A stretch of DNA of 64,000 bases. Origin: Vulcanimicrobiales bacterium. GTDB taxonomy: Bacteria; Vulcanimicrobiota; Vulcanimicrobiia; Vulcanimicrobiales; Vulcanimicrobiaceae. Each line of letters begins with the position of its first letter. The first letter of the stretch is position 1. The stretch covers positions 96,001-160,000 of the forward strand of contig JBBRLI010000002.1 in assembly GCA_038231455.1 (NCBI GenBank), read 5' to 3'. The notes beneath the pieces were generated by a model. The model was not told the DNA's origin and did no database searches. It saw nothing but the letters and a program-made list of their open reading frames with translations. This document shows positions 57,101-64,000 of the stretch, piece after piece. A program made the translations under genes and the position numbers.

Positions 57101-57351
57101 GACTCTCGTTCGAGTATCATTTTTTTCCGAACTTGGTCTTGATCGTCTTTGCGAACACGGTCTTACTCGAGCGTCTGTGGCGCTTGCGGTACAAGGTGCT
57201 CACCAATATCCCGGCCGGTAAAGTCGCGGTCGGGACGTTCCTCGTTGCCTACGTGGTGCTGTTCTTTTTCTTCTTTCCGGTCGTTGCGGGCGTCCACATG
57301 AGGTGGGACGAGTGGAACGCGCGCATGTGGTCGCGGCACTGGATTATCTGA
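54145..57351 (+). CDS. tandem GT-C glycosyltransferase fusion: polyprenol-phosphate-sugar transferase plus protein O-mannosyltransferase (PMT)
   Basis: N-half DYPPGY, K.PAIL.D, LNPA, WGQVDS, IKPQ, RMHERY; C-half FDEIYY, THPP..K, GWR, SRIA, KWNG, HPYSS.WW.WP....P, PN, YHFFP. Confidence 0.85.
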   Translation: MSAASLRLSERAQSFRAYAPLAAILGIGFLLRLLFVRGDGFHNDIAAFEAWSLTLSEHPLKDFFANTSFADYPPGYFFVLWVVGSLYHGLVSLGVVHGDPSYMALRVMVKLPAILMDLVDAALIYAIVGRFASRAWALGCAALFALNPATIYISSYWGQVDSISSGLALGGLLLLLISQERPRGQIGWMIGAYAVLAYSVLIKPQASFVGLLFLAFAFTAPTAEEAARRRIGTLAGIGVGLAMAYVAAAIFHNALNPIEDFRWLLQRYEFAASVYPYNSVNAFNLYALKQHFWELDSQPMTFLGIALGPMVVWGWLLTLAASGLIVARYIQRKSNEALIEGAMLATFAFFVLSTRMHERYIFTALALAFPLAALGKRYLYAAVILSGTMLANIGYSLYYQNVMEAKIGGVDATDLLPWLSHPLSALNVGLFFFLGYIYLGGRITGLEKVETRVLSAARSWFDPRQGTVGFNRLDYLLIVLFTLASFVLCLLWLPWPAEKVFDEIYYARAGEEYLKHIDIFEFTHPPFTKLVITLSMMLFGGLSGAGDTGLGWRFLNVVMGALMVGVTYAFGKKLTGSTLWGSVAAGLLLFDGFHYVQSRIATPEITVALLSLSTLYAFYRYWIAAQIRTRQLRRGALVPMVLTMVLGTVVALAGAAYLTGLHEIPGIATANDAETTVAKLVVFVYLESVAYLVARLLVPRFFPAGPREASYADGTRVRGTAASFSTTLPEGSVLPVDRGKNSARVIDDGDGARRSYERDGSFVYATPDGTASFAPQGTLSVGEVTIESNDAWKWLVVLAISGGLLAASKWNGLFDFFVVWGCAGAVVSQQFFRRRALFGNPFGFPLDLLVVTMMVVAATIYILCYIPYFSLGHGLPDVIAMQHSMYHYHSTLVATHPYSSRWWQWPILEKPISYFWQDLRPPIDANNPSACCVAEILALPNPIGWWLGLISVPLLGFLAWRERNKGYALIVIAYIIQWLPWIGSPRLSFEYHFFPNLVLIVFANTVLLERLWRLRYKVLTNIPAGKVAVGTFLVAYVVLFFFFFPVVAGVHMRWDEWNARMWSRHWII

Positions 57352-57441
57352 GTTCGCCGCGCCTACGCGGGGCGATCTCCCACTTACGCTGCACTTGGCT
57401 CTCAAGGTGTGCGTCGTTCTCCTTAGCGAAGTTGGGGTCGT

Positions 57442-58185
57442 ATGTCCGGACATTCCAAGTGGCACAATATCAAGCTGCGCAAAGGCAAGGCCGACTCCGC
57501 GCGCGGCGCGGTCTTCACGAAGCTCAGCAAGGAGATCATCCTTGCGGCAAAAGGCGGCTCAGCCGATCCTGAGGCCAACCATCGTTTGAAGATGGCCGTC
57601 GAAAAAGCGCGCGCTAACAACGTACCGCAGGATAACATCAAGCGGGCGATCGCCCGCGGCAGCGGCGCCGGCAACGAGAAAGAGATCGAAGAGATTCGTT
57701 ATGAAGGCCATGGTCCGGCGGGGATCGCCGTCGTCGTTGATGCTGCAACCGACAACCGGAACCGTACGGCAAGCGAACTCCGCTTTCTCTTTAGCCGCAA
57801 CGACGGGGCGCTGGGCGAGACCGGCAGCGTCGGTTGGATGTTTGATGCGCGCGGCTTAATCGAAGTCGATCCGGCGGGGCTCGATGAGGATACGCTTACC
57901 GAACGCGCGCTCGTCGACGGCGTTATCGACGTGCGCTACGGCGATCCGACCGAGATCGTAACGGAAACCGGCGTCCTTGCCGGAGCGCGCACAGCGATCG
58001 AAAAGAACGGCCTCAAAGTGACGAGCATGCATCTTGGCGTCGTCGCCAAAGCGCCGACCCATCCGCAAGGCGATGACACCGCAAAAGTGCTCGCATTTCT
58101 GGACGCGCTTGACGAACACGAAGACGTGCAGCGCGTGTACACCAACGTCGAATTCGACGACGCCCAGCTGGAGGCGCTTGCCTGA
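57442..58185 (+). CDS. yebC: YebC/PmpR family protein
   Basis: MSGHSKWHNIK.RKG..D, TDNRNRT, EDVQ.VY.N. Confidence 0.95.
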   Translation: MSGHSKWHNIKLRKGKADSARGAVFTKLSKEIILAAKGGSADPEANHRLKMAVEKARANNVPQDNIKRAIARGSGAGNEKEIEEIRYEGHGPAGIAVVVDAATDNRNRTASELRFLFSRNDGALGETGSVGWMFDARGLIEVDPAGLDEDTLTERALVDGVIDVRYGDPTEIVTETGVLAGARTAIEKNGLKVTSMHLGVVAKAPTHPQGDDTAKVLAFLDALDEHEDVQRVYTNVEFDDAQLEALA

Positions 58186-59281
58186 TCCGATAATCCGGCG
58201 CCGTCGGCCGGTCACGGATCTTGCCGAGCCATCGGCGGGATCGCGTGTGTGGACAGACCGCTTCGCTCGCCTTCGTATCGATGCAATCGATCGCGACTGG
58301 CTCTTTGCAATCGCGCTCGCGCTTGCCGTCGGCGTGAGCGTGTGGTTCGGCCGCTCGATCCGCGACTTTTTCTCGCCCGCCGCGGCGAACGTGCTCGTCC
58401 CGGCTTTCGCGGGACAGACGCAGATCGACGCGCTTTCCGAGGCAGGACGGCTCAAACTCAAAGCCGTTGTCGTCGCCCAACAGCCCAGCGACCGGTATCC
58501 CAAAGACGTCGTCATGGCGCAGCAGCCGATCCCCGGATCCCGCGTGCGCGAGGGGCGTCAGATCTCGCTCATCATTAGTCGCGGCGCGACGATCTCCGCG
58601 ATGCCCGACGTGCGGTTCGAATCGCTGCGTGAAGCGGGGCTCGATCTTGCGCATGTGAAGTTGCAACTTGCAAAAACGACGCTCGTTGCGAACGACGACA
58701 TTCCGGCAAACCACGTCGTCGAGCAGAACCCCTCGCCGAATACGGCCGTGCGCGAAGGTACGCAAGTGACGCTCACCTTGAGCAAAGGTCCGCCGAACGG
58801 GATCAAAGTTCCGAACTTCCTCGGCGATGACGTCGACTTCGCCCGACTGGAAGCAACGCGTGAGAAAGTCCACCTCGGTCAGATCGTGTGGACGCCGTTC
58901 GGTCCGAACGGACCACCGCGCGGGCGGATCGTGCGTCAAACGCCCGTCGCGGGAGCGACCATCGATCCATTCGACACCGTGTCGCTGCAAGTGAGCGCGG
59001 GACCTAAGGAATACGGCTACCTCGTTCGGCAAGTGCATGTCAGCGCGACGGTGCCCGCACGCGATTCTGCCGCCAACGTGCGCATGGAAGTACGCGATGA
59101 AACCGGGACGTGGAATGTCTACAACGGTTACGCGCAAGGCGGTGCGAAGCTCGACTTCAATCTGACCGTGGTCGGGACGGCCGAACTCGATACATACATC
59201 AACAACGAGTTGCTCAATCAGGCACGACTCGGAAACGAGACGCCGGTCGTCGTACCGAGCGCGAAACCGGAGAAGAAGTGA
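58178..59281 (+). CDS. membrane-anchored protein with three PASTA domains and no kinase domain
   Basis: TTG after GGAGG, one TM helix, three VP.F.G/MPDV...V..Q.P..G..V.....V.L..S.G repeats, C-terminal beta domain. Confidence 0.85.
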   Translation: MPDPIIRRRRPVTDLAEPSAGSRVWTDRFARLRIDAIDRDWLFAIALALAVGVSVWFGRSIRDFFSPAAANVLVPAFAGQTQIDALSEAGRLKLKAVVVAQQPSDRYPKDVVMAQQPIPGSRVREGRQISLIISRGATISAMPDVRFESLREAGLDLAHVKLQLAKTTLVANDDIPANHVVEQNPSPNTAVREGTQVTLTLSKGPPNGIKVPNFLGDDVDFARLEATREKVHLGQIVWTPFGPNGPPRGRIVRQTPVAGATIDPFDTVSLQVSAGPKEYGYLVRQVHVSATVPARDSAANVRMEVRDETGTWNVYNGYAQGGAKLDFNLTVVGTAELDTYINNELLNQARLGNETPVVVPSAKPEKK

Positions 59282-59955
59282 TCCGCATCGCGCCCTCGCT
59301 GCTCTCTGCCGATTTCTCCGACATCGCGGCGCAAATCCGCTTGGTCGAAGACGCGGGCGCGGGGATGCTCCATCTCGATTCGATGGACGGCCGGTTCGTG
59401 CCGAACATCACCTGGGGGCCGAAAATCGTCGGCGACTTGCGCAAGCTTACGACCTTGCCGTTCGACTGTCACCTCATGATCGCGGAGCCGGAGCGCTACG
59501 TCGATGAATTTCGCAAAGCCGGTGCCGACTACATTACCTTTCACTACGAAGCAACGCCCCACGCGCATCGCCTCTTGCAGTATCTGCGTTCGATTGGCGC
59601 CAAAGCCGGCGTCGGCATCAATCCGGGCACGCCCGTCGGAATGCTCGAAGATCTCATCGAAGATATCGACTTGCTCCTCATCATGTCGGTGAATCCCGGC
59701 TTCGGCGGTCAGAAATTCATCGAGCGCGCTCTTCACAAACTCGGCGAGGCGCGGGCGCTGATCGACGCGCGCAATCCGCAGTGCGAACTCGAAGTCGACG
59801 GCGGGATCGGCGTTGCAAACATCGAGCGCGCGGTGGAAGCCGGCGCGACGATCATCGTCGCGGGTTCGTCGGTCTACAACGCTTCCGACCCGCAGGCGGC
59901 GCTGCGCGACATGCGGGCGCGCGCCGAAGTTGCCGGAACGAAACGGACCGCGTGA
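59278..59955 (+). CDS. rpe: ribulose-phosphate 3-epimerase
   Basis: IAPSLLSADF, HLDSMDG.FVPNIT, DCHLM, MSVNPGFGGQ, EVDGG. Confidence 0.96.
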   Translation: MIRIAPSLLSADFSDIAAQIRLVEDAGAGMLHLDSMDGRFVPNITWGPKIVGDLRKLTTLPFDCHLMIAEPERYVDEFRKAGADYITFHYEATPHAHRLLQYLRSIGAKAGVGINPGTPVGMLEDLIEDIDLLLIMSVNPGFGGQKFIERALHKLGEARALIDARNPQCELEVDGGIGVANIERAVEAGATIIVAGSSVYNASDPQAALRDMRARAEVAGTKRTA

Positions 59956-59980
59956 TGCAGGCCCGCGGGCGGCTGCGGGC

Positions 59981-60961
59981 ATGACCGAAGAAACGCTCGT
60001 CACCGCCATCCGCGAACTCACCGTCTCCGCAACGAATACCAAACTCCGTTTGGGCATCGGCGATGATGCCGCCGCGTGGCAGCCGTCGCGTTCACATCTG
60101 AGCGTTATCACGACCGATGCGCTCATCGAGGACGTGCATTTTACGCGCGCTGCGATGTCGGCGGCCGACGTCGGCCATCGCGCGCTCGCCGCAAACCTCT
60201 CCGACATCGCGGCCATGGGCGCACGGCCGGTTTTGGCGACGATCGCTTTCGGTGTCTCACCCGCAATCGACGAGGCGTGGATCCGCGATTTCTATCGCGG
60301 CCTCGCTCGACTTGCCGAACGCACGGGTACGGCAATTGCCGGCGGTGATATCGTGCGCGCGCCGGTCGTCACAATTTCGATCACCGTCGTTGGTGAGGTG
60401 CGGCGTTCGTCGATGAAAACGCGATCGGGAGCACGAGCGGGCGACGTTGTAGCGGTAACGGGACCGCTTGGAGCGAGTCGAGCAGGGTGCGAGGTCTTGC
60501 TCGATCGACCGGACTTCGCGGGCGAGACGATCTTCGCCGAAACATTGCAGGCGTATCGCACGCCAGAACCCCGTCTGCGCGAAGGCCGGTTTCTCGGCGC
60601 TTCGCGCAATGTCCACGCGATGATGGACACCTCGGATGGAATCGCAAGCGATCTTGCTCGGCTTTGCGCTGCATCGGGGGTCGGGGCGACGCTCGATACG
60701 CTGCCGGTTTGCGTTGCGGTTGAAACGTATTGCAAACGACTAGCGGTCGATGCGCAAACTTTTGCGCTCGAAGCGGGAGAAGATTTCGAATTGCTCCTCG
60801 CAATCGATCGCCGAGCGTTCCCGTATCTTGCCGGCCGTTTTCGTGCCCACACCGGTCGCGAATTGATCGGCATCGGCGAGATTACCTCAGAGCGCGGACT
60901 GCGTTCGCGCGGGGGTGCGACCCTGAACGCTCGTGGTTACGATCACCTGAGGGCGCACTAG
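59981..60961 (+). CDS. thiL: thiamine-monophosphate kinase
   Basis: GIGDDAA, TTD..IEDVHF, NLSDIAAMG, GGD, D.SDG, GEDFELL, GYDH. Confidence 0.95.
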   Translation: MTEETLVTAIRELTVSATNTKLRLGIGDDAAAWQPSRSHLSVITTDALIEDVHFTRAAMSAADVGHRALAANLSDIAAMGARPVLATIAFGVSPAIDEAWIRDFYRGLARLAERTGTAIAGGDIVRAPVVTISITVVGEVRRSSMKTRSGARAGDVVAVTGPLGASRAGCEVLLDRPDFAGETIFAETLQAYRTPEPRLREGRFLGASRNVHAMMDTSDGIASDLARLCAASGVGATLDTLPVCVAVETYCKRLAVDAQTFALEAGEDFELLLAIDRRAFPYLAGRFRAHTGRELIGIGEITSERGLRSRGGATLNARGYDHLRAH

Positions 60962-61018
60962 TAGCGCTGAGATGAAACTGCCAGGAATCTATAAGCCTTC
61001 CTTGATACGTTCGCACGT

Positions 61019-61603
61019 ATGAAGAAGAAGGGTGTCTTTGTCGTTGTGTTCGCCTTACTCGTGTCGATGGGATCGGCCAGCGTAGCGCAGGCTGCGGAGA
61101 GTGCCGCGCCGCTGGTGCGTTTCGACGCATCGCTCGTCGATGTCATCGATTGCGCCGACGCCCGAGCCGTCGCTGCCGATTTCTCCAGTCGCCAAACGGA
61201 GATTTCCGTCGAAGACGCTCACGCAGCTGCCCGCGCGTTCATTGCGTGTGAACGGACGCGCCGGTCCGACGTCGAGAAAACGAATTTGATGCGCGTCCTT
61301 GCGGCGTCGTCGCTTCTCGTCGCAGCCAATGCGGAAAGAGATGAGGCGCAGCAAACGGATCTCTCCGCGGCTCAGGCCGAACTCCAGCAAGTCCAGCCCG
61401 CGATCTCTCTTACGTCGGGAAACGTCCGAGCAGCGTTCATTGGCCGACTCAGCACTCCGGCCGTCCGGGGCGATGACCGATTCGAGCGTGTTGAGACGTT
61501 GCCGCCGACGACTTCGCCCCCGCAAAACCGTCCGTTGGGAGCGTCGGTGTACGAACCGCTCGTCAAAGGTCTGCTCCTCGCGATCGAGATGCTGAGGAAG
61601 TAA
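61019..61603 (+). CDS. secreted hypothetical protein
   Basis: Signal peptide MKKKGVFVVVFALLVSMGSASVAQA, helical body with two Cys. No family recognised. Confidence 0.6.
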   Translation: MKKKGVFVVVFALLVSMGSASVAQAAESAAPLVRFDASLVDVIDCADARAVAADFSSRQTEISVEDAHAAARAFIACERTRRSDVEKTNLMRVLAASSLLVAANAERDEAQQTDLSAAQAELQQVQPAISLTSGNVRAAFIGRLSTPAVRGDDRFERVETLPPTTSPPQNRPLGASVYEPLVKGLLLAIEMLRK

Positions 61604-61727
61604 ATTCAGTCCGTCCGCTAGCGATGTTTCATCCCAGCGTTCTTGGCGAACGTCGCGGTTGGCGCCCACTAACATCGCCCAAGTACCCAGAGGTTGCTTA
61701 CTTTGCGGCGCCCAACTTGGGTAGAGC

Positions 61728-62681
61728 GTGGAAACTGATTTCGACCAGCGGGTCTACCCGCTCTTAGGCAGCATCCAAAACAGCGTCGGCATGGGCTTTC
61801 TCGGCAACGAGGCCGTCAACGCGATCGCGAACCGCTTGCGCGTTCGCGTGTGCGCGGTCCCCAGTTCTTTTGCTAGTGCCCGCGGCGGGATGGACGGCCG
61901 CATGAGCTTCGTCGTCGACCCGAAAGAATTTCGGCGCGGCGTGCAGTTTCTCGTGCGCCAAGAGCCGGGCGTGCTCGTAATTGGCTACTTGCCAAAACCC
62001 GAGTACGTCGATATCGTCGCGACGGCGATCCGTGATTTCGTCGGCCTGGTGGTGCTCGATCCGGTTCTCGGCGACTACGAAAAAGGCTTGTACGTAAGTG
62101 TTGAGACGGCGCGTCTGATACGCGATCTGCTCGTTCCGCGCGCGCAAGTGGTCACGCCCAACCGCTTCGAAGCCGAAGTCTTGCTCGATCTGACGCGCGA
62201 CCGTGCTGCAACGGAGCGCACCTTCCTCGACACGTTCGCGCAGCTCGGTCCGCAGACGGTCATCATCACCTCGTTCACACGCGACCGCGAACGCCGTTCG
62301 CTCACGACGCTTTTCTCGAACGGCTACCAGTACGAGAAAATCACGATCCCGCTGAGCCAAGCGCACACCGCGTACGGCGCCGGAGACGTTTTTGCAGCCT
62401 CGATGGCCTCGTTCTTGTCGCTGGGCACGAGCCCGTTCACCTCGACGCTCATGGCGACGGCCGTGGCTTCGGCCTCCGTTGCGCGAGCCTCGCAGTACGG
62501 CGGCGCCAGCGTCGATCCGGTCGCAGCGCTCGATGCCGTCCGGCCTATGGGCTATCTCGAAGAAGACAAGGCGCGGCTCTACTGCCAAAAATTTGGCATC
62601 ACCACGGCACCGATTCCGGCCACGGAAGAGCAGGGTAACCGCCTGCGCTTCGCTCCGCCGAAGAACCGGGTCGGCTCCTAG
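61728..62681 (+). CDS. pyridoxal kinase-like ribokinase-family protein
   Basis: SIQ..V..G..GN, IGYLP, VLDPVLGD, LYV, TPN.FEAE, GAGDVF. Confidence 0.8.
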   Translation: METDFDQRVYPLLGSIQNSVGMGFLGNEAVNAIANRLRVRVCAVPSSFASARGGMDGRMSFVVDPKEFRRGVQFLVRQEPGVLVIGYLPKPEYVDIVATAIRDFVGLVVLDPVLGDYEKGLYVSVETARLIRDLLVPRAQVVTPNRFEAEVLLDLTRDRAATERTFLDTFAQLGPQTVIITSFTRDRERRSLTTLFSNGYQYEKITIPLSQAHTAYGAGDVFAASMASFLSLGTSPFTSTLMATAVASASVARASQYGGASVDPVAALDAVRPMGYLEEDKARLYCQKFGITTAPIPATEEQGNRLRFAPPKNRVGS

Positions 62682-62694
62682 ATACCTCGCCGGA

Positions 62695-62733
62695 CAACAC
62701 AAAGAAGAGCCCCGATGTGTATCGGGGCTCTTC
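62695..62733 (-). terminator. intrinsic terminator downstream of rpmB
   Basis: 13-bp stem GAAGAGCCCCGAT-GTGT-ATCGGGGCTCTTC (62704-62733) with a T-rich tail on the minus strand. Confidence 0.75.
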
Positions 62734-62756
62734 CGATATCCTGAGGTGGGTTGGTG

Positions 62757-62948
62757 TTAGACGGCCCGCTTGACGCGCTTGGAGCGCAGGCAATTGGTGC
62801 ACACACGGGCGGTCTTATGCGTTCCCCGGTCGTCAATGCGGACGGCCTGGAGGTTCGGAAGCCACCGGCGCTTGGTCTTATTCATCGCGTGGCTGACATT
62901 ATTTCCCGACATCGGGCCTTTGCCGCACACGTCACATCGCTTCGCCAT
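62757..62948 (-). CDS. rpmB: 50S ribosomal protein L28 (zinc-ribbon type)
   Basis: [30 protein letters not shown]...VCTNCLRS. Confidence 0.96.
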   Translation of the reverse strand: MAKRCDVCGKGPMSGNNVSHAMNKTKRRWLPNLQAVRIDDRGTHKTARVCTNCLRSKRVKRAV

Positions 62949-63088
62949 ATCGGCGGAAGCATATCACGCCCGGCAATCTCATTCAAGCCCTAAGGTCGGT
63001 CCCGTGGCGCGTCGCCTCGAGCCGGTCTCCGTCCGCCCTCGAAGAGGAAGCTCAAGGGGAGGGAAAGCCCGTTTACTTGGGTACTCAA

Positions 63089-64000
63089 ATGGCGCTTATG
63101 CCGGTGACTACCTTAGATGGGCGGGCGTTTTCCAAGTTCGTCGCTGCCGGCACGTACTTCTTAAGAAAATACCGTAGCGTCCTCAACGACCTCAACGTCT
63201 TTCCGGTCCCCGATGGGGATACCGGGTCGAATATGTATCTGACGGTCCGGGCGGCGCTGGCCGCGGCCCATAAGGTCCACGATCAGCCGCTCTCGGTCGT
63301 GGCGCTTGCCGCCGCAAACGGCGCCCTGCTCGGCGCTCGCGGTAATTCAGGCGTGATTCTCTCGCAGATGCTGCGAGGCTTCGCCCACAACGTCCGCCAC
63401 CGCGATACGATCGATACCTTCGAGCTTTCGGTCGCGATGAAAGACGCCGTCGCCGCCGCACGCGCCGCGCTGACAAAACCTGTCGAAGGCACGATCCTTA
63501 CCGTCGCCAATGCTGCCGCGGAAGAAGCCTATCGCCTCTCGATGCGCGAGCCGGATTTCTACCGGCTTACGACCGGGGTGTTGCGCGCGGCGAATGACGC
63601 TCTCGAGCGCACGCCAGAGCAATTGCCCGCTTTAAAAGAAGCGGGTGTCGTGGATTCCGGCGGGGCGGGCTTCTGTTATTTTCTCGAAGGCATCTTGCGC
63701 TTTTTGCCCGATGCGACCGTCCGGACCACGGCCTTCCCGCGGCGGCCGGTTCGCAGTCAGGTCTTTACCCGTCATCAGACGGTCGAAGAACACAAGTTTT
63801 GCACCGAATTCGTCTTAGAAGAAGCGACGATCGAAGCGCATCCGCTGCGCGACATGCTCGCGCCGCTTGGGAATTCGCTCATCGTCGCCGGCGGGAAACC
63901 CACGATTAAGGTGCACCTCCACACCGATCATCCGGACGATGTCTTTCTGCTCGCGCAGAAACACGGAACGCTCACGCGCAAAAAAGTCGAGAACATGGAA
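63089..64000 (+). CDS. DAK2-domain fatty acid kinase subunit FakA/YloV-like (3' part runs off the window)
   Basis: Read manually: MALMPVTTLDG...LNDLNVFPVPDGDTGSNM...GARGNSGVILSQ...KPVEGTILTV...GVVDSGG.G...FCTEF...KVHLHT. Divergent from rpmB. Confidence 0.92.
   Translation, partial: MALMPVTTLDGRAFSKFVAAGTYFLRKYRSVLNDLNVFPVPDGDTGSNMYLTVRAALAAAHKVHDQPLSVVALAAANGALLGARGNSGVILSQMLRGFAHNVRHRDTIDTFELSVAMKDAVAAARAALTKPVEGTILTVANAAAEEAYRLSMREPDFYRLTTGVLRAANDALERTPEQLPALKEAGVVDSGGAGFCYFLEGILRFLPDATVRTTAFPRRPVRSQVFTRHQTVEEHKFCTEFVLEEATIEAHPLRDMLAPLGNSLIVAGGKPTIKVHLHTDHPDDVFLLAQKHGTLTRKKVENME

Noticed and set aside
61055-61675. 206-aa minus-strand ORF
   Set aside because: It overlaps the plus-strand ORF, which has a clear signal peptide, and its composition looks like a shadow frame.

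Overview
GC-rich bacterial chromosomal window with dense coding and no transposase, integrase, CRISPR array, tRNA or rRNA that I could recognise. It mixes Terrabacteria-type genes (stressosome, PASTA protein, DAK2/FakA next to rpmB, OpcA) with diderm envelope genes (TolC, TonB_C, LolA-like fold). This mix suggests a diderm Terrabacteria lineage such as Vulcanimicrobiota/Eremiobacterota (inference only). In order: BlaR1(M56)/BlaI with a secreted pentapeptide-repeat protein and repeated operators; an acyl-CoA synthetase; a probable oxalate-assimilation trio (oxalate-CoA ligase, OxlT, PanE2-like reductase); MscS; a Tat-exported binding protein; CAP, WYL and MarR genes; a promoter- and terminator-bounded structured ncRNA candidate at about 14.2-14.44 kb; an rsbRST stressosome operon; a liv-type ABC transporter preceded by a soluble MCP-DctP-MCP fusion; a STAS-TM-LolA-like/TetR/EmrA/TolC operon; a complete oxidative pentose phosphate operon with a Tal-Pgi fusion; dapD, an aminotransferase, M28 and M16 peptidases with a rod-shaped RNA-like element between the peptidases; and housekeeping genes (formiminotransferase, radA, cmk, plsC, ispH, polyprenyl synthase, a double GT-C/PMT fusion, yebC, PASTA protein, rpe, thiL, pdxK-like kinase, rpmB, fakA). 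The strongest novelty candidates are the double-signalling-domain chemoreceptor with an internal TRAP binding domain and the stand-alone structured RNA. All family calls come from motif recognition by eye; no database searches were run.
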